DNA of 64,000 nucleotides from Anaerolineae bacterium (GTDB lineage: Bacteria; Chloroflexota; Anaerolineae; JAADDB01), in the NCBI GenBank assembly GCA_015490995.1, contig WFWT01000038.1, positions 25-64,024 on the forward strand, given 5' to 3'. Made by a program: the position numbers and the translations under genes. The notes below the pieces were generated by a model. The model worked only from the letters and a program-made list of their open reading frames with translations. It ran no database searches and had not been told where the DNA came from. Positions 60,325 through 64,000 of this stretch are shown piece by piece (position 1 is the stretch's first letter; every line of letters begins with the position of its first letter).

Positions 60325-63108
60325 TCAGGGGGCTGGTTCCAGCGCGATGGCATCCAGCGCGATACCCAGGGTGCGGAAGTCCGGGTATCCACCCAAGCGG
60401 AGATAGGCGCTGGGTGCGCCGACCACCTCGAGGGCCGTGCCGGGACGAGCCCCCTTCACACCTATGAGAGCGTGAAATTGTCCCGGAAACTCCCGTAAGT
60501 CTACCTGGCTACCCAGGGTGCGGAGCGCGGCCACCGCTTCATCGGTCAAGGATCGGCTCGCGTCGTCCTTGGTGGCTACTAGGACGATGGCCCCTTCCGG
60601 AATTTGGGCGATAAATTGGGCCATGCGTTGTGCTTCGTACTCGTTGGCATACGTGTCGAAGCCGGTGCGGGTGATGACCTCGCCGCTGCGTGGGTCGAGG
60701 ACGGTTAGGTTGTAGCCGCGACGGCCGTAGGACACATCGGTGCGGGTGCCGGTGTCATCAATGGTGACCATGTAGGCGCCCTCCGCAAAAGCGGTGATTT
60801 CCACATCCGTGGGCAGTCGTACCCCTGTATCGCCAATAAGCCAATCCCCCGCGAACACATCGCGTGGTCGGGCCGTCCAGCTGAAGGCCAGCTCGATGAC
60901 ATTGGTGTGGTCACGGGTGATGCCCGCCGGCACGGGGATGATGATCTCCTGCCATTGGGGCGTGAGTGTGTGAGGTGTTCCCACAGGGCGGCCGTTGATC
61001 CGCACGCGAAGGGTCTGGGGGGGCGCGCCCGCGTACGTGAAACTGAGGGCGCGCATCACTAGACGGTGAGGTCCTGACCCGTCCGCGCGCAGGAACACCC
61101 TTGCGGTTGTGCCCGTTTGGCCGGCCCACACCGCGCTGCGACCTTGGATGATTTCGTTCTCATACCACCCCTCGCCCAGGTACGCTTCCGTGCCCGGTTC
61201 GCCCACATCTACCACCGAGGCCACAGGGTACGTGGCCTGGCGTACTCGGTAGACCGTGATCCCTGCCTCCTGCCAAACGGGTGTGGGCTCCAGGGGTAAC
61301 ACGTCCTTCGCGAAGTCCCACGTCGTCCGCCAGGTGTCCACATAGGGGTACCGTCCGGGTATGGGAGGGAAGAGCAGCACATACCGCACGTTGTAGAGGC
61401 GCATGAGCTCGGCCGCCTGGTCACGAGCACGGGCCACCAGGTCGGGGGAGGGTGTGGTCCCAAATTCGACCTGCGCCAGGGCCTGAAAGAGGGGGATACG
61501 GCGGAAGTACTCCATCTTGAAGGCAGGGGCGCGACTTGTGTTACCGCCTAAAATGTACTTCTGGTGCACGCTTTGGTAATACTGAAGTTGCGTGCGTTCC
61601 ACACCGAACACGCCGAAGGAGTTACGCCAACCGAGGGGGATTTGCAGGAGGGTAAAGTCGCCGGGTTCGGCCGCGATGGCTTTGTACAGTGTGGGCACCC
61701 GCGCATCGGAGAGGGGCATGGGTAGGGCAGCGTGTTCAAAGAGCACCGCTAGCGTGAGCACCAGGGCAACGGTAGCTCGACGAACCGGGCGATTACGGGC
61801 CAGCCGGAGGAGCAGCCATTGTACCCCGAAGCCGGCCAAGACGGCCAAAGCCAGCATGACCATCATCCCATTACGGTTGGGTACCCGGTTACCCTTCACG
61901 AACGGCAAATAATGAAGGACGGCGAAGGGCATGGGCACGCTGATAGGAATGCCATCCATGTCAAACTGCCATTGGCCGTTGACCTGGAGAACTGGACCCA
62001 GGGCAAACAGGGCAAAAAGGAGAGCTACCCCGATCCAGGGTCGGGCGAGACGACGGTAGGTCCACGCGCCCACCAAGGCCAGGCCAACGGTCGCGTACCC
62101 AACAAATAGTGTGTTGATGTCCGCAAAGCGAGCGGTACCCTCTTCAACGGCCCGTAGAGCGGCCTGCCAGGGTTCCCCCCAGACGGGATGCAATGCGGTA
62201 GGGGTGAGGAACCCTAACAGGTCCACCGAGAGCTTAAGGCTGTCACCCCAGCCCTGAAGTACATAATCCTGTCCGATCTGTTCCCGCACCATGGGGATCA
62301 GGACCGGGCTCCACAGGAAAGCGGCTACCCCTCCTATCACCGCTCCCCGGACCAGGGCATCGCGCCACCAACGCCAGGGGGTATCGGCGGCGCGGGGGTA
62401 TGTCAGGATCACCACGGCGGTGAAAAAAGCGAGGAACACCGCGAAGATACTTTCGGCCAGAGCAGCCAGGGTGAACATAAGGCCTGCTATAGCCGCCTCT
62501 CGGTACGCCCGGGGAATTGGTGCGTCCAGCGTGCGAAACAAGTACAACGCATAGAGAGGAAGGCCTAAGGTGCTGACCATGTTGTAATGCCCCAGGGCGG
62601 CATAAACCGAGCGGTTTGAGGCAAAGGCAAAGATGACTCCCGCCACCGCTGCCCCTATGAGCTGCACGCTCGTTGAGGTCCTTTTTCGGGTCAGGTACAT
62701 GACCAAAAGGAAGGTCCCATATCCGCTGGCCACCACTTGAAACCACAACCCCAAGTTAGAGGCCAGGGCCAGGTTGCCCGTGGCCCAGTACACGGGAAGG
62801 GATACGCCTACATGTAGAAAGTTGTACGTGTAAAGGATGAGGTCGATCCCTACTGGGTGCCAGATGAGGGTGGCGTGCAAGGGCGATGATGACAGGGTGA
62901 GGAGCGCGTACTGGAAATACCAGATGTTCCACAGAAAAGTAAACTCGTCAAAGGCCCACGTGGGTGTTCCTGGGACGTGGGTGGTCAAGCGTAGGGGCAG
63001 GGGCCACCACCAGAGTACAGCTAGGACGGTTAGTCCGCTGAGGTAGGCAAGGTGAACCCGCCAGCCGTTTGTCCTGTGCATGAGCGTCCTTGACCGTTGT
63101 CTTCTCAT
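60325..63108 (-). CDS. large polytopic membrane protein (YfhO/GT39-like N-terminal region) with a C-terminal ILEI/PANDER-like domain
   Basis: At 927 aa it has about 12 or more TM helices in the first ~480 aa. The C-terminal ~150 aa (AYMVTIDDTGTRTDVSYGRRGYNLTVLDPRSGEVITRTGFDTY ... IPEGAIVLVATKDDAS) resembles the ILEI/FAM3 (PANDER-like) fold. Confidence 0.75.
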   Translation of the reverse strand: MRRQRSRTLMHRTNGWRVHLAYLSGLTVLAVLWWWPLPLRLTTHVPGTPTWAFDEFTFLWNIWYFQYALLTLSSSPLHATLIWHPVGIDLILYTYNFLHVGVSLPVYWATGNLALASNLGLWFQVVASGYGTFLLVMYLTRKRTSTSVQLIGAAVAGVIFAFASNRSVYAALGHYNMVSTLGLPLYALYLFRTLDAPIPRAYREAAIAGLMFTLAALAESIFAVFLAFFTAVVILTYPRAADTPWRWWRDALVRGAVIGGVAAFLWSPVLIPMVREQIGQDYVLQGWGDSLKLSVDLLGFLTPTALHPVWGEPWQAALRAVEEGTARFADINTLFVGYATVGLALVGAWTYRRLARPWIGVALLFALFALGPVLQVNGQWQFDMDGIPISVPMPFAVLHYLPFVKGNRVPNRNGMMVMLALAVLAGFGVQWLLLRLARNRPVRRATVALVLTLAVLFEHAALPMPLSDARVPTLYKAIAAEPGDFTLLQIPLGWRNSFGVFGVERTQLQYYQSVHQKYILGGNTSRAPAFKMEYFRRIPLFQALAQVEFGTTPSPDLVARARDQAAELMRLYNVRYVLLFPPIPGRYPYVDTWRTTWDFAKDVLPLEPTPVWQEAGITVYRVRQATYPVASVVDVGEPGTEAYLGEGWYENEIIQGRSAVWAGQTGTTARVFLRADGSGPHRLVMRALSFTYAGAPPQTLRVRINGRPVGTPHTLTPQWQEIIIPVPAGITRDHTNVIELAFSWTARPRDVFAGDWLIGDTGVRLPTDVEITAFAEGAYMVTIDDTGTRTDVSYGRRGYNLTVLDPRSGEVITRTGFDTYANEYEAQRMAQFIAQIPEGAIVLVATKDDASRSLTDEAVAALRTLGSQVDLREFPGQFHALIGVKGARPGTALEVVGAPSAYLRLGGYPDFRTLGIALDAIALEPAP

Positions 63109-63506
63109 CGAATATGTCCGACCGCCGCCTGAAGGACTATCCCTTCCCTGCGCGCAGCCGGAGGGTGTCAGTGAGGGATTGTAGCACCATGGCAGGGGTC
63201 GGTTAAAACGCGCGTCCTCAGGGAGTGGAGAGCGTGTTGTGTGCGGGGACTGTGTCGGGTCGGTTTTAGGTACTTGAAGTCCCCATCGCCGGAACCTGTA
63301 ACGTATCGTTGTGTTCGCGAGGAAGTTGACCGGTCTCCTCTCTCACGGTTAACATGCAGGGCGAAGAGAGTGCGCGGGAGCGCGTGCTGTGGTGCGGTAG
63401 GGCGGATAAAGAGGGCATGCGTATATGTAAGGGGAAAGTTTGTTCATCGTGGGGTCCCGTGGTGAGGTGTGTGCAGGTGAGTACAGAGAGCGATAGGAGG
63501 TGACCT

Positions 63507-63890
63507 ATGAGCACGGCAACGACCCAGGAAAGGGAAGAGCGCCGTGAGCGACCCGTGGTGGACACGTTGCGTACCTTGTTCCTGGCCAGCATCGGGGCGC
63601 TGGCTTTGACGCGGGATGAAATTGAACAGATGGTGCGCCGTTTGGTAGAGCGGGGCGAACTGGCCGAAAAGGATGCGCGCAAGTTGCTGGACGAGGTGTT
63701 GGCCGCCCGTAAAGAAGGGCTTGATCGGTGGGGCGCGCGCATTGAAGAGCGGGTGGAACACGTCCTGGAGCGCCTGCGCATCCCACGCCAGCAGGACCTG
63801 GAAGGCCTGGAGGCGCGATTATCGGCACTAGAGGCTAAGATCGACGCGTTGATGGCGCAGCTGGAGGAGCGCTCGGAGGCGGAGGAGTAA
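63507..63890 (+). CDS. phasin-family (PHA-granule-associated-like) coiled-coil protein
   Basis: This 127-aa protein (LRTLFLASIGALALTRDEIEQMVRRLVERGELAEKDARKLLDEVLAARKEG ... LEARLSALEAKIDALMAQL) matches the TIGR01837-type phasin pattern. A GGAGGTGA RBS precedes the start. Confidence 0.65.
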   Translation: MSTATTQEREERRERPVVDTLRTLFLASIGALALTRDEIEQMVRRLVERGELAEKDARKLLDEVLAARKEGLDRWGARIEERVEHVLERLRIPRQQDLEGLEARLSALEAKIDALMAQLEERSEAEE

Positions 63891-64000
63891 AGGGCGCAGG
63901 CGCGCCACGCGCGTGCAGGATGCGGTGCACTTCTCGCATCAACAGTTCGGGACGTTCGTCCCGCAAGAGGGGCAATCGCTGGCGCACCCGCTGTACTTCC

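Overview
This is a high-GC (roughly 65%) bacterial chromosomal segment that is densely coding, with about 50 protein genes, mostly housekeeping. I found no rRNA or tRNA genes, no CRISPR array and no transposase or IS element. Coordinates are taken from the ORF track where possible; start-codon refinements were done by eye and may be off by 1-3 nt.

Genes recognised from their translated sequence:
- **DNA and RNA maintenance:** ftsH (partial at the left edge, not in the ORF track), radA, rnc, a DHH-DHHA1-CBS CCA-adding enzyme, tilS, an rlmI-like methyltransferase, mutM and comEC.
- **Metabolism and transport:** acs, a xanthine-dehydrogenase-family Mo-hydroxylase (fused FAD/2Fe-2S subunit plus Mo subunit), a double hexapeptide acyltransferase, bioY, nadE, aroB, ubiB, hpt, a metB-family PLP enzyme, an FGGY sugar kinase, proS, a GH1 beta-glucosidase, an SLC13 transporter with TrkA-C domains and a TrpB-like PLP enzyme.
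- **Signalling and regulation:** an ECF sigma factor with an anti-sigma factor immediately upstream of mutM, and a 7-gene chemosensory operon on the minus strand.
- **Secreted or surface proteins:** an S8 subtilase with SdrD-B-like domains, a LysM-M23 peptidase and a tandem glycosyltransferase.
- **Unclassified:** a 927-aa membrane protein and a phasin-like protein.

The chemosensory operon runs cheW, cheW-like, 6-TM MCP, cheA-REC, PAS histidine kinase, cheB, cheR-TPR. Its gene order matches the Myxococcus frzA-B-CD-E-G-F locus with an extra histidine kinase inserted.

Other points of interest:
- a probable translational T-box leader, with an SD-sequestering hairpin, in front of the archaeal-type proS;
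- a ComEC whose C-terminal metallo-beta-lactamase domain appears to have lost its His motif;
- a CCA enzyme in which a DHH phosphoesterase occupies the position that the HD domain has in E. coli CCA, only N-terminal;
- an unusual FAD-then-FeS subunit order in the Mo-hydroxylase;
- a cNMP-binding membrane protein with a PT-repeat tail;
- a ZAS-type sigma/anti-sigma pair placed to control mutM.

I do not see a clear-cut new defence or toxin system. The candidate systems below are hedged. The content (PT linkers, archaeal-type ProRS, a Frz-like cluster, high GC) suggests a thermophilic Chloroflexota/Thermomicrobia-like or similar lineage, but that cannot be proven from this window.
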